This document shows positions 53,346 through 64,000 of a stretch of DNA of 64,000 bases, one piece after another (positions within the stretch are counted from its first letter, which is position 1; every line of letters starts with the position of its first letter). The stretch comes from Octopus sinensis (taxonomy: Eukaryota): positions 17,856,001-17,920,000 of the forward strand of contig NC_043010.1 of NCBI RefSeq assembly GCF_006345805.1, given 5' to 3'. The notes under the pieces were generated by a model. That model saw only the letters and a program-made list of their open reading frames with translations, did no database searches and had not been told where the DNA came from. Both the position numbers and the translations under genes were made by a program.

Positions 53346-55410
53346 GCCTTTGCACAGCTTCTAACGCTGGAGATGTACTATGGTGTCAGCTGTTCACTAC
53401 CAGTGAACTAAGGTAACACCTCTTAGTTTTCGAGCACCTTCCGGAGTATTCGAGCGGTTCCAAGCAGTGCTGTTTTCTGCAAGTGCTCCACTCTTATTGC
53501 AGCCCCTATTTGTTCCACGTGCTTCTCGAGATTTTTGCTCACTGTTTCCAGGGCTCCGAAAATTATTGGTACTACTGCTATCTTTTTCATCGACCACAAC
53601 TACTTAACTTCCCAAGCTAACCTGTCATATCTCTCAACTTTTCTTTCTTCATTCGTTTTCAATTTCTTGTATAGTTCTTTATCTTTGCAATCTTTCATCC
53701 TACACAAGCCTGACCTTCCTGCCTCTAATAATAGCGGATCTGTGGCATTTTTTACATACCATGCTATGTTGTTTTCTTCTGTTTTAATGCTGTGTTCGCA
53801 TCCAATAAGTCCTCTCCCTCCCTTTTCTAGGTACATACAGTCTGTCTGTGTCACTTTTTGGGTGGAGTGACTCATATCTAGTTAGCAACTTCCTTGTCTT
53901 TCTGTCTAAGCTGTTTAGTTCGTCTACTGTCCATGCGATTACCCCTGCTCCATATCTAAGGAGTGAAACCGCCCATGTATTGATAGCTTCGATCTTATTC
54001 CGTCCATTTAATTTCGACTTAAGGATCAGTCTCAGTCTGCACAGGTACTCCACCTTAAATTTTTCTGTCATTTCTTTCTCCATCAATTTATCCATTTTCA
54101 AAATACGCAAGTACTGATAGCCCATCTCTTCTATCTGCATCATAACCTCCCCCGACGGTATCGTTAGCCCGCCCATACATTTGATTTTGCCTCTCTTCAA
54201 GACTAACACACCACACTTTCTCAGTTCGAACTCTATTCTGATATCAGCACTGAAAGTATACACTGTATCAACGAGGGAACTGACTTGGGTTTCATCTTTA
54301 CCATAAAGTTTGAGGCCATCCATGAATAACAAATGGTTGACTTAGCTGGCGACTTTTGAGTACATACCCAGCTTTTGCTTTCCTCAAAATCAGTGTTAGT
54401 GGTATCAAGCACAGTACAAAGATCAGTGGGAACAGGTAGTCCCCTTGAAAGATGCCCCTTCTAATTTCTACTGTCCCTAAACTTCTTCCGTATTCTGTCA
54501 GGTCCGTCCTCCAATTCGCCACACTTTTTTCCAAGCAATCGCTCAACATTCGATGCAATACCAAATAGGTTCATACACTCCATAATCCAAGAATGTGGGA
54601 TCATATCGTACGCCTTACGATAGTCGATCTATGACATGGCTAAGTTACTTTTCCTCCTCTTGCAGTCTCTAAGTACAGTTTTGTCTATCAAGAGTTGATC
54701 CTTGGTACCTCTGCCCTTACGCTTGCAACCCTTCTGCTCATGTGGCAGGACTCCATTTTTTTCCAGATGTTCGTATTCCAGTCAATAACTTCCACATAAG
54801 TGGCAAACAGGATATCGGCCTGTAATTGTCTACCGTATTGCCTTTTTCGATGTTTTACAGGCACAGCACTGTCCTACCCAATTTCAACCACTCTGGTGTT
54901 CCTTGGTTGGCATTTAACAAGGTGTTGAGTTGCGCAGCTATTCGTGCATGACATTCACCAAATCTTTTGATCCAGTAGCCTTGAACTCCATCTGGTCCCG
55001 GGGCCTTCCAGTTGCGCATTTTTTTGCTGATTTCCTTCACTTCTCTAACTGAAATGATTAGTTCTACCTGTTTTGTTTCAGTTCTTGCAACCATTCAGCA
55101 TCCTTCTTGTGCTCCTTGTCTTTGCTCCAGATGTCACTCCAAAACCTTTGACTTTCATTGTTGCCTGGTATCAACTTTTCATCTGCACACTCTCCATTTA
55201 TTTCTTTATAGAATCTCTTCTGATCTACTCTGAATAACCTATTCTGGTGGCAATCCTTCATTCTTTGGTTATATCTTACCATTTTTACTTTCTTTGGAAC
55301 GAGGCGCTATTTCAGTTCCTCCACTACTACTTTCAGGCCCTTTCTTTCAATATTATACTTCCTTTTCAGGGCCCTGTATTTTTGTTCGCTTTTAAGCTCC
55401 CCTTTCTCTT
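53346..55410 (-). mobile_element. 5'-truncated, frameshifted R4/Dong-like non-LTR retrotransposon
   Basis: NWKAPGPDG, RGIFQGD, LFMD(D>G)LKLY, LNGRNKIEAINTWAVS..Y, GGRGL, QKTALLGTARILRKVL; ends in (TAA)n. Confidence 0.88.
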
Positions 55411-56509
55411 TTAACCATGTAATTTCCCTCTTCATGTCTTTAACATCTCTCCCTTTCTCTTCACATTTCCCTCCCTACCCTACAGCACTAACACTTCTCT
55501 CTCCCATTTTCCTCTCACCGTCTTTTTCTCTCTTCCTTTGCCTCTCTCTTCAATTAACCTCGTGATACTTTTGACCTTAGTGTATTATCATACTCCAATC
55601 TTCTTTTCTATTCACATTTTCTATCTCTCTCTCTGTCACTCACGTTTACTCCACCTCTCACTCACTTCACCTCCACCTCTCTAACTAACTAAAGTATAAC
55701 GGGCGAACGAACAAGCAGATTATTATATAGATTTGATTCGGTCCCTTGCAACTTACAGCTCGCCGAGCTATGGTAGCCGAATTTGGCTGCCAACCCATCC
55801 TATCTCACTTTCCTCCTTCCCATTGGTCATCAACTATTCCTTAGGCTTTATGTAGTTTGGCCGAACTTGATCGTATTTAAGCCTGTCCGAAGACGCGATT
55901 TGTATGTTCGAATGCACTTTATCAATTGTATTTGCTTTTTATCAGTGTCCGTTGATCTGGCTTATCGATTGCAGAAACGTGCGTTAGAGATAGGAAGTAA
56001 AGTGTAGTGTGATGGAGGAAAAGGACAACAGAAAAAGAAGCAAACGGGAGAAAGAAATACAAAAGGCCTTACCTGCTGACCTCGGCGAAATCAGCGGTCA
56101 CTCTCACGAATTAAACAGGTCTTGTTTCTCTGCCGTCTCTGCTCCAACTGCCCACACGTGCTTCCTGCCAACGCATGCCCCTGTGACTCTTCCGCCGGCC
56201 CCTGCAGTCTTCGCTTCCCTTTTACCTCATCTACCATCCCCTCCACCAACACCACATAGCTCATCACAGCCCATAACACCGCTAACACCACATAAAGAAA
56301 TGCAACTTCATGCTTCCTGTTTTTCTTTCGTGCTTGATGTGTTCTTCAGACTTTATGTAATTGCCTACCTGTAATTGATTGAACTCCACCTGGTCATGTA
56401 ATGGAGGCGGATTCACATGGACATTATCAACAGTCACGACCTATACGGGAATTTTGTCACGCAGCTAGGGCATCCATTTCAACTTGTGTGTGTGTGTGTA
56501 CGTACGTAT

Positions 56510-56835
56510 ATTGGCACTCCGTCGGTTACGACGACGAGTGTTCCAGTTGATCCGATCAACGGAACAGTCTGCTTGTGAAATTGACATGCAAGTGGCTGAG
56601 TACTCCACAGACACACCAACCTTTAAAGTAGTTTCAGAGGGATTCAGCGTGACATACAATGTGACACGGCTGGCCCCTTTGTAATTACAGGTACAACTCA
56701 TTTTTGTCAGCTGAATGGACTGGGGTGACGTGAAATGAAGTGTCTTGCTCAAGAACACAATGCGTTGCAGGCAATTGAACTCATGAACTTATGGTCATGT
56801 GCCGAATACCCCTAACCACTAAGCCATGCCCATTC
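56510..56835 (-). mobile_element. SINE family C-related
   Basis: gcactccgtcggttacgacgac block shared with 17930. Confidence 0.75.
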
Positions 56836-56890
56836 ACACATATACACTCTCTCCCTCTCTCTCACTTTATATTATATATATATATATATA

Positions 56891-57587
56891 TATTATATAA
56901 TTAGGGCTTAGTAAAGTAAATTACTTTGCTACATACTGAACTTTCTAGAAATAGCAGCCAAAAAGTTTTTTTAGCCATTTCCACCACTTTAAGAAAATTT
57001 CTCTCAGATAATGTTTACTCATAAATAACTCACGAAGGTATGGAGGTAAAAACAGAAAAATATCACAAGTACAAAGATCATTTGAGAACGTTAACGTTTC
57101 TAGATTAGCCAAATAAACTCAGCATTTCTTTCGTCTGCTCAACATTCTTAATTTGGATTTGGAAGCACTAAAAGGAAGAACATACCTTCGGCGACGTATC
57201 ACTCAGAATGAAAACACGCTCAGACTGCCAGGACTAACAAATTCAAAATGCGCAAGCGAAGATTCCTGCTCTCTCCCCTTCCACCCACGTGGGGTATCTA
57301 GTAAACATATATTTTAACGGTGAGAACCGAAGCAATAGAGCAGAGAGAAATGAATTATAATATCAACAATTGAGGGTAAAATTAATTAGTTATTAATCAA
57401 TTTCACCAAGTAGTGTTCAGTATGTAAAAGGACCATTTAAGGCGAATTCAAAATATTATATTATATAATTAGGGCTTAGTAAAGTAATATAATATAATAT
57501 TTTGAATTCGCCTTAAATGGTCCTTTTACATACTGAACACTACTTGGTGAAATTGATTAATAACTAATTAATTTTACCCTCAATTGT

Positions 57588-57593
<6 letters not shown>
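56891..57593. mobile_element. Element with 29-bp direct repeat and 107-bp terminal inverted duplication (Penelope-like architecture)
   Basis: Direct repeat 56891-56919/57459-57487; inverted arms 57360-57466/57487-57593; flanked by (TA)n. Confidence 0.55.
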
Positions 57594-57634
<41 letters not shown>

Positions 57635-57709
57635 TATATATCATTCGCCATGATAGATCGCTAGCCACTACACTTTCTTTATTTTCTCTACTTGCTTCTT
57701 TCTGTGTTC

Positions 57710-57745
57710 CTTTCTGTGGAAGAGCGTAGGCTCGAAACGTAAAAG
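57710..57745 (+). ncRNA. Minimal hammerhead motif with variant core
   Basis: cttt-CTGTGGA-A-GAGC gtag GCTC-GAAA-CG-TA-aaag; lies in a ~200-bp repeat between (TA)n tracts. Confidence 0.6.
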
Positions 57746-57837
57746 ACTTTTTCAATTCTCGAGCGTTATACTAATACATCTGTTTGTTTTCTACACCACC
57801 TGCCTTCGTCTTTTGTTATTTTTTTTGTGAATGCTCC

Positions 57838-57929
<92 letters not shown>

Positions 57930-58764
57930 AAATTTAGAGGATTGACCACAATCCTCAAAATTTTGTATGTAAAAAAATTGTTTATCTTCGGATTTTCAAA
58001 AATATGCTAGGGGCCACTGGTTTTAATTGATTAATATCAAATATATAAAGAGAGAGAGAGAATGTGATTGTTCATTCCCTTTTTACTCTGTCGTATCTGT
58101 CTATTTATCCGCAGTACCTCCGCCTGTTCCTATCGTACCCCTTCTTGATCCTGCTCTACCCACGAGCTTTTCATTTATCTTTCAGCTCACCAAGCAGCAA
58201 AATACATCCTCTTTACTTTTCTTTGTTTGCTTAACGACTTCATCCTGATGACTAATCTATTTTCCTTCTGTGTCGTACTTGCTGTATTTTCATGTTGTTT
58301 TGCCGGATTTTATTTTCATCGTAAATTGATTAATGCTTTATTTTATCAAGGAACACTTACCTTATGTTTTATTTGATTTCATTCTGTGTAAACATATTTT
58401 CCTTTTTCCTGTTATAGTTGCTAGCCTTAACCTTTATATGCCTTGCTTTACTCTGCACCAGTCACCAAAAGTCTGCCACGTGTCTTACAAGTTTCTGTGT
58501 TTAGTCTCAACTGTATCAGTCACCTAACCACTGTGTCCAGTGGTTTGTCAATACCACTAAGGTTGTAGTTCTATCTCAAGGTACTGAAACTGATAGAATC
58601 CTTTGCAAAACAGCTGATGAAAAGTTGAAGTTTTGTTCTCTCTTTTAGATGGCTTTATTGCTTATTCTATTATATATGCATACATTCATACATACATATA
58701 CACATACATACATACATACATACATACATACATACATACATACATACATACATACATACATACA

Positions 58765-58800
<36 letters not shown>

Positions 58801-59410
58801 TATGCTTACATGCATATTAATATTTGTTTTAAGTCAAGTTATATGTGAAAGGAATTTGACATGAAACTGAAGGGTTTCTCGATGCATTTTTGTAGAATAT
58901 ATATTACCACCACCACCACCACCACCACCACCAACTATACTACTACTATGATTTTCAGTGATTCTGTCATGATGGTCATATCTGTAGAAGCATTGACGGG
59001 AGTTAGTTTATCGAAGTTAAAATCATAGAAGACGGGATGTGAATGTTAAGAGGAGAAACACAGAAAAGCATTTTCCTTAATCTTCTCACAATTCTGCAAA
59101 CCCACCTCACTCCTTACCGTTGCTAATTAATAACAGAATTGATTGCTAAAGCATCTGACTAAATGTCCTGCAGGATTTACCTCATCTACCATCCCCTCCA
59201 CCAACACCACATAGCTCATCACAGCCCATAACACCGCTAACACCACATAAAGAAATGTATTTTGACCACGAGTCCTGTTGGGATCAACTTTGTCATTCAA
59301 TCTTGAAGGGTCTGTAAAATAAAACTTCAGTCAAGTACGAATGGTAATTCAATCTGCCTCGGCCACAAATATGAAACACGTTGTGCTCCTGTCCGGAATC
59401 AAGGAAGATT

Positions 59411-59641
59411 AAGGCGGCGAGCTGGCAGAAACGTTAGCACGCCGGGCGAAATGCTTTCCGGTATTTCGTCTGTCGTTACGTTGTGAGTTCAAATTCCGCC
59501 GAGGTCGACTTTGCCTTTCATCCTTTCGAGGTCGATAAATAAAGTACCAGTTACGCACTGGGGTCGATGTAATCGACTTAATCCCTTTGTCTGTCCTTGT
59601 TTGTCCCCTCTATGTTTAGCCCCTTGTGGGCAATAAAGAAA
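59411..59641 (+). mobile_element. SINE family B monomer
   Basis: Head plus single body. Confidence 0.9.
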
Positions 59642-59734
59642 TATATTTCTGAAGCTTGCTTTCAAATCACTTGAAACCAAGCTTTTTACAACGAAGGAAA
59701 AAAACAAGGATTCTTGTTTATCTCTTAATAGAAT

Positions 59735-60310
59735 TCCTACTCTCTTCCTCTCTCCTCCTCTCTCTTTTTCTCCCTCTCTCTTTCACTTTCTCCCACTCTC
59801 TTTCTTTCTCTCCCTCTCTTTTTCTCTCTCTCCCTCTCCTTTTCTCTCTACCCCTCCCCCTCCTCTCTCTCCTTCTCTCTCCCTCTCTCCTCCTCATCTC
59901 CTCTCTCTCCTCTCCTCTCTCTCCCTCTCTCCCTCCCCCCTCTCTCATTCTCCCCTCTCTCCCTCTCTCCTCTCTCTCTTCTTCTCTCTCTCCTTCTCTC
60001 TCTCCCTCCCTCCCTCTCTCATTCTCCCCCTCTCTCCCTCTCCCTCCCTCCCTACATTCTTCCCTCTCTCATTCTCTCCCCTCTCTCCCTCCTTCCCTCC
60101 CTACATTCTTCCTCTCTCATTCTCTCCCCTCTCTCCCTCTCTCCTCCTCTCTCTCCCTCCCTCTCTCCCTCTCTCTCTCCTCTCTCTCCCTCCCTACATT
60201 CTTCCCTCTATCCATCTCTCTCTCCTCCTCCCCCTCTCTTCTCTCCTCCTCCCTCCCTCCTCCTCTCCCCCCTCCCTCCCTCCTCGCACCTCCCCCTCTC
60301 TCATTTCCCC
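59735..60310. repeat. CT-rich low-complexity tract
   Basis: Direct inspection. Confidence 0.95.
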
Positions 60311-60984
60311 CAAGGTGTGTACAGCCAAAGTAATTAGTTGCTATGATACTTCCCTATCTCCATATCTCCCTCACAGATCGTTTACCTGACTAAATATGAG
60401 ACACTGTACAATATAAGTGAAACTGACCATATATTATAAGTGGCAGCTAGCACTATATATAACTAAATCGTACGGACACTTCATTAAGGAATTATTTAAA
60501 AAATGGTTGTAAGCTGGCAGAACCATTAGCGCATTGGACAAAATGCTTTGTGAAATGTCTTCCAAGTTCTTGTGTTCTGAGCTCAAGTCATCCTGGAGGT
60601 CTACTTTGCACTTCATTCTTTTGAGGTTGATAAAATAAAATAGCAGTCAAGTACTGTGGTTGATGTTATAGAGTAAACCCCTCCCCTCATAAGTGCAGGT
60701 CCTATGCCTAAACTAGAAACCATTTCTGAATGATGAAAATGAAGATATTTTAGTTAATAAATCCCTTTAAATACAATTAGCTGTCAAACTAAACGTCAAC
60801 CATATGTTTTCTGTGGGTACCGAAGTGCTTGAGAATTTAAGGTAGGTAGTTAGATAGGTAGGTACATGGATTCACATGGCCTTGTTAGGATGTTAAATAT
60901 ATATTTCAAAATGTAACTACATGTGGGTTGTTGGCGATTTTTTTCCCCCCATCATCCTTTTCTCTTGGACTTTCTTCTGTCTCC

Positions 60985-61021
60985 TGTTTCTGAAGAAGAG
61001 CTTTGCTCGAAATGTTAAACA
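60985..61021 (+). ncRNA. Minimal hammerhead motif
   Basis: tgttt-CTGAAGA-A-GAGC ttt GCTC-GAAA-TG-TT-aaaca. Confidence 0.7.
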
Positions 61022-61132
61022 ACCTTGCTTTCCTTCCCTAAGCGTCTTTTAATACTTTGCATGTACCACGTCCTCACGTTGTTGTTTTTTCTTGCTTTTT
61101 TCTTCATTCTTTTTTATTAATTATATATATAT

Positions 61133-61558
61133 AGGTGCAGGAGTGGCTGTGTGGTAAGCAGCTTGCTTACCAACCACATGCTTCTTGGTTCAGTCCCACT
61201 GCGTGGGACCTTGCGCAAGTGTCTTCCACTATAGCCTTGGGCCAACCAAAGCCTTGTGAGTGAATTTGGTAGATGGAAACTGAAAGAAGCCCGTCATATA
61301 TATATGTATATATATGTATATATGTGTGTGTGTGTGTGTTGTATGTTTGTGTGTCTGTGTTTATCCCCCCAACATCACTTGACAACCAATGCTGGTGTGT
61401 TTACGTCCCCGTAACTTAGCGGTTCGACAAAAGTGACCAATAGAAAAAGTACTAGGCTTACAAAGAATAAGTCTTTGGGTCAATTTGCTTGACTAAAAGG
61501 CGTTGCTCCAGCATGGCCACAATCAAATGACTGAAACAAGTAAAAGAGAGTAAAGAGT
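61133..61558 (+). mobile_element. SINE family A, CpG-decayed
   Basis: Full-length homology. Confidence 0.88.
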
Positions 61559-61609
61559 ATATATATATAATATATATACATATACACATATATACATATA
61601 TATATATAG

Positions 61610-61640
<31 letters not shown>

Positions 61641-61743
61641 TATATATATATTATATATAATATATATATATATATATAGACATACATATATATATAGAGA
61701 CATATATATATAGACATATATATACATATATTATATATATATA

Positions 61744-61783
<40 letters not shown>

Positions 61784-61798
61784 CATATACATATATAC

Positions 61799-61843
<45 letters not shown>

Positions 61844-61920
61844 CTATATATAATAGTTATCGCCATACTAATATGGCATTCTTATAAAATAAGACTTAGT
61901 TATTTTAATATTTCTATTAT

Positions 61921-61954
<34 letters not shown>

Positions 61955-62654
61955 CATTATATATATATATATATAGACATATACATATATATATATATGT
62001 GTGTGTGTGTTTATGCACACACACACACATATATATATGTCGTTGTCATCATCATCGTCATCATCATCTGTCCACATTCCAAGCTGGCATGGGTTGGATG
62101 GTTTAACAGTATCTAATGGACACAAGAACTGCACTGTGCTGCAGCGTCTGCATGGTTTCTATGTCAGGATGCGCTTCCTAACACCAACCACTGGACAGTG
62201 GTACTTGCGAGGTCGCCACGCCACTTGCAAAGCCATGAAACCTAGTGAGGGAGGTGCAGGCTGTTGTTGTTGAGGAGCAGCTACATGGCTGCTTCCATTT
62301 AGAGGAGAGGGTGAGGATGAATTGGGAGGAGGTGCAAAGAGACAAATACTGGTGATGAGGTGTCCCAGCAGCACTCGGAAGACATGAGGTGTGTAGAAGC
62401 GAGTGGAGACGGAAAAACTGAAAGTTTGAACGGGTGGATGTTGATAAGAGTGTGGGGTGCAAGAAATAGGGAAATAGGAGAAGGGACGGATGCCACGTCT
62501 GTAAAGATTGGGTACGATTTGGACATTCAGAAACACAAGCACAGGTATTATTACAAATTAATATTTTCATTTGAAAAATATGAGTTTACCTGCCTGGACA
62601 ATTTTAACTGGAATGGCAGGTTTGGATTTTACAAGGTTTTGATTGTATAAATAA

Positions 62655-63048
62655 CTAGCAGTATTGCCTGGCGTTGCTTGGGTTTCTTTCGACCCTTTAG
62701 AATTGGAATTTTTGAAAAGTAAAAATTTTGCATTATGTAGCTTATTATTCTCTTTAAGTGAACATTTTTCTGGTTGAAATACACCGAAAAATGGCGACAC
62801 ATCAACAGTCAAAAAATCGTAAAAAATAGGGATTTTCATAGAAAAAAAAGCACCTTTTTGATGTAAATAATTTTTGGTCTTAACATGGTCCTATTTGAAT
62901 TTTATCTTCTACGGAAGGAAGAGCAAGCCTTCTTCTATCATACTCTCAATTTTGGTCAACTTGTGCCGCAGAGTCTCGGAGGAGATAGTGTTAGTTGAAG
63001 GCTACCAAACCTGCCACACACAGACAACTTCAGCTTTATATATACAGA
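62655..63048 (-). mobile_element. Non-autonomous Helitron
   Basis: Minus strand A|TC...hairpin...CTAG|T. Confidence 0.75.
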
Positions 63049-63427
63049 TATGATTTATTATTCTTATATTGTTTGACCGATTTGATTCAATGGACTGTGG
63101 TCAAGTTGTTGCAGCTCCTTTCAGAGTAGTGATTCTTATTTGAAAGATCTTTTCCTGTGTCTTGCAAGTTATTTGCTGACCTCAGTGGTGCTGGTGTCAT
63201 GAAGAAAAAAAAGCATCCAATACACTTTGTACGGTGGTTGGCATTAGGAAGGGCATCCAGCTGTAGAAACGATGCTAAAGGGGATACTGGGGCTTGACTC
63301 AATCCTCTGGTTTGTTAAATTCTGTCAAACCATCCAACTGATACCAGGATGGAAAAGAGACATTAAATGATGATGAGGTGGAGAGCAAAAACAACAAATT
63401 TAAGACATCAAAAATCGACACGTTTGA

Positions 63428-63785
63428 TCATCATCATCATCATCATCGTTTAACGTCCGCTTTCCATGCTAGCATGGGTTGGACGGTTCAACTGGGGTCT
63501 GGCAAGCCCGAAGGCTACACCAGGCCAGTCAGATCTGGCAGTGTTTCTACAGCTGGATGCCCTTCCTAACGCCAACCACTCCGAGAGTGTAGTGGGTGAT
63601 TTTATGTGCCACCGACACAGGTGCCAGACGAGGCTGGCAGACGGCCACGCTCGGATGGTGTTTTTTATGTGCTACCGACACAGGTGCCAGACGAGGCTGG
63701 CAGACGGCCACGCTCGGATGGTGTTTTTTATGTGCCACCGACACAGGTGCCAGACGAGGCTGGCAGACGGCCACGCTCGGATATG
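63428..63785 (-). mobile_element. RTE-tail repeat with 63-bp unit x3
   Basis: (CAT)n tail; tandem unit at 63604, 63667 and 63730. Confidence 0.75.
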
Positions 63786-64000
63786 GTGTTTTCGGTGTTT
63801 TTCTTGTTGTGAAGAAAAGAGATGAAGATAGGTCAATGTTTTTTCCTTCAGTATTTTTTCACTTTTCCTTCATGACGAATGACCATTGTCCAAATTGTCA
63901 AATTATTCACTCCTTTTCCTTCATCATTATAAAATCATTCCCTTTGCACTTTGATTTTGATGTTGCTGATTTTTTCTTCTCCTCTTAATACATTTGATAA

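Noticed and set aside
58245-58620. Two CTGATGA motifs as hammerheads
   Set aside because: No stem II plus GAAA plus NUH arrangement downstream
59656-60333. 225-aa Ser/Leu/Pro ORF
   Set aside because: CT-rich low-complexity tract

Overview
AT-rich, repeat-saturated eukaryotic DNA. The SINE, microsatellite and MITE repertoire suggests a coleoid cephalopod (Octopus-like); this is an inference. The only well-supported host gene is the 3' part of a spliced + strand gene: six coding exons, 254-8497, 378 codons in one continuous frame with GT-AG introns and no domain I recognise. The rest is mostly mobile-element debris: a decayed Gypsy pol (RT-RNaseH-IN), R4/Dong-like and RTE LINE fragments, mariner fossils, Merlin/hAT/piggyBac MITEs, Helitron derivatives, several tRNA-SINE families and large microsatellites. 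Nearly all long ORFs in the ORF track are microsatellite artefacts. The most notable structures are: (i) minimal hammerhead-ribozyme motifs at five loci from about four Penelope-like families, mostly in (TA)n/(TAA)n tracts, including a perfect palindrome with two back-to-back cores; (ii) TSD-flanked multimeric SINE arrays with an identical internal junction; (iii) an LTR-like family carrying heat-shock elements; (iv) CpG-decay domains readable from paired repeat copies; (v) several fold-back or templated repair scars.
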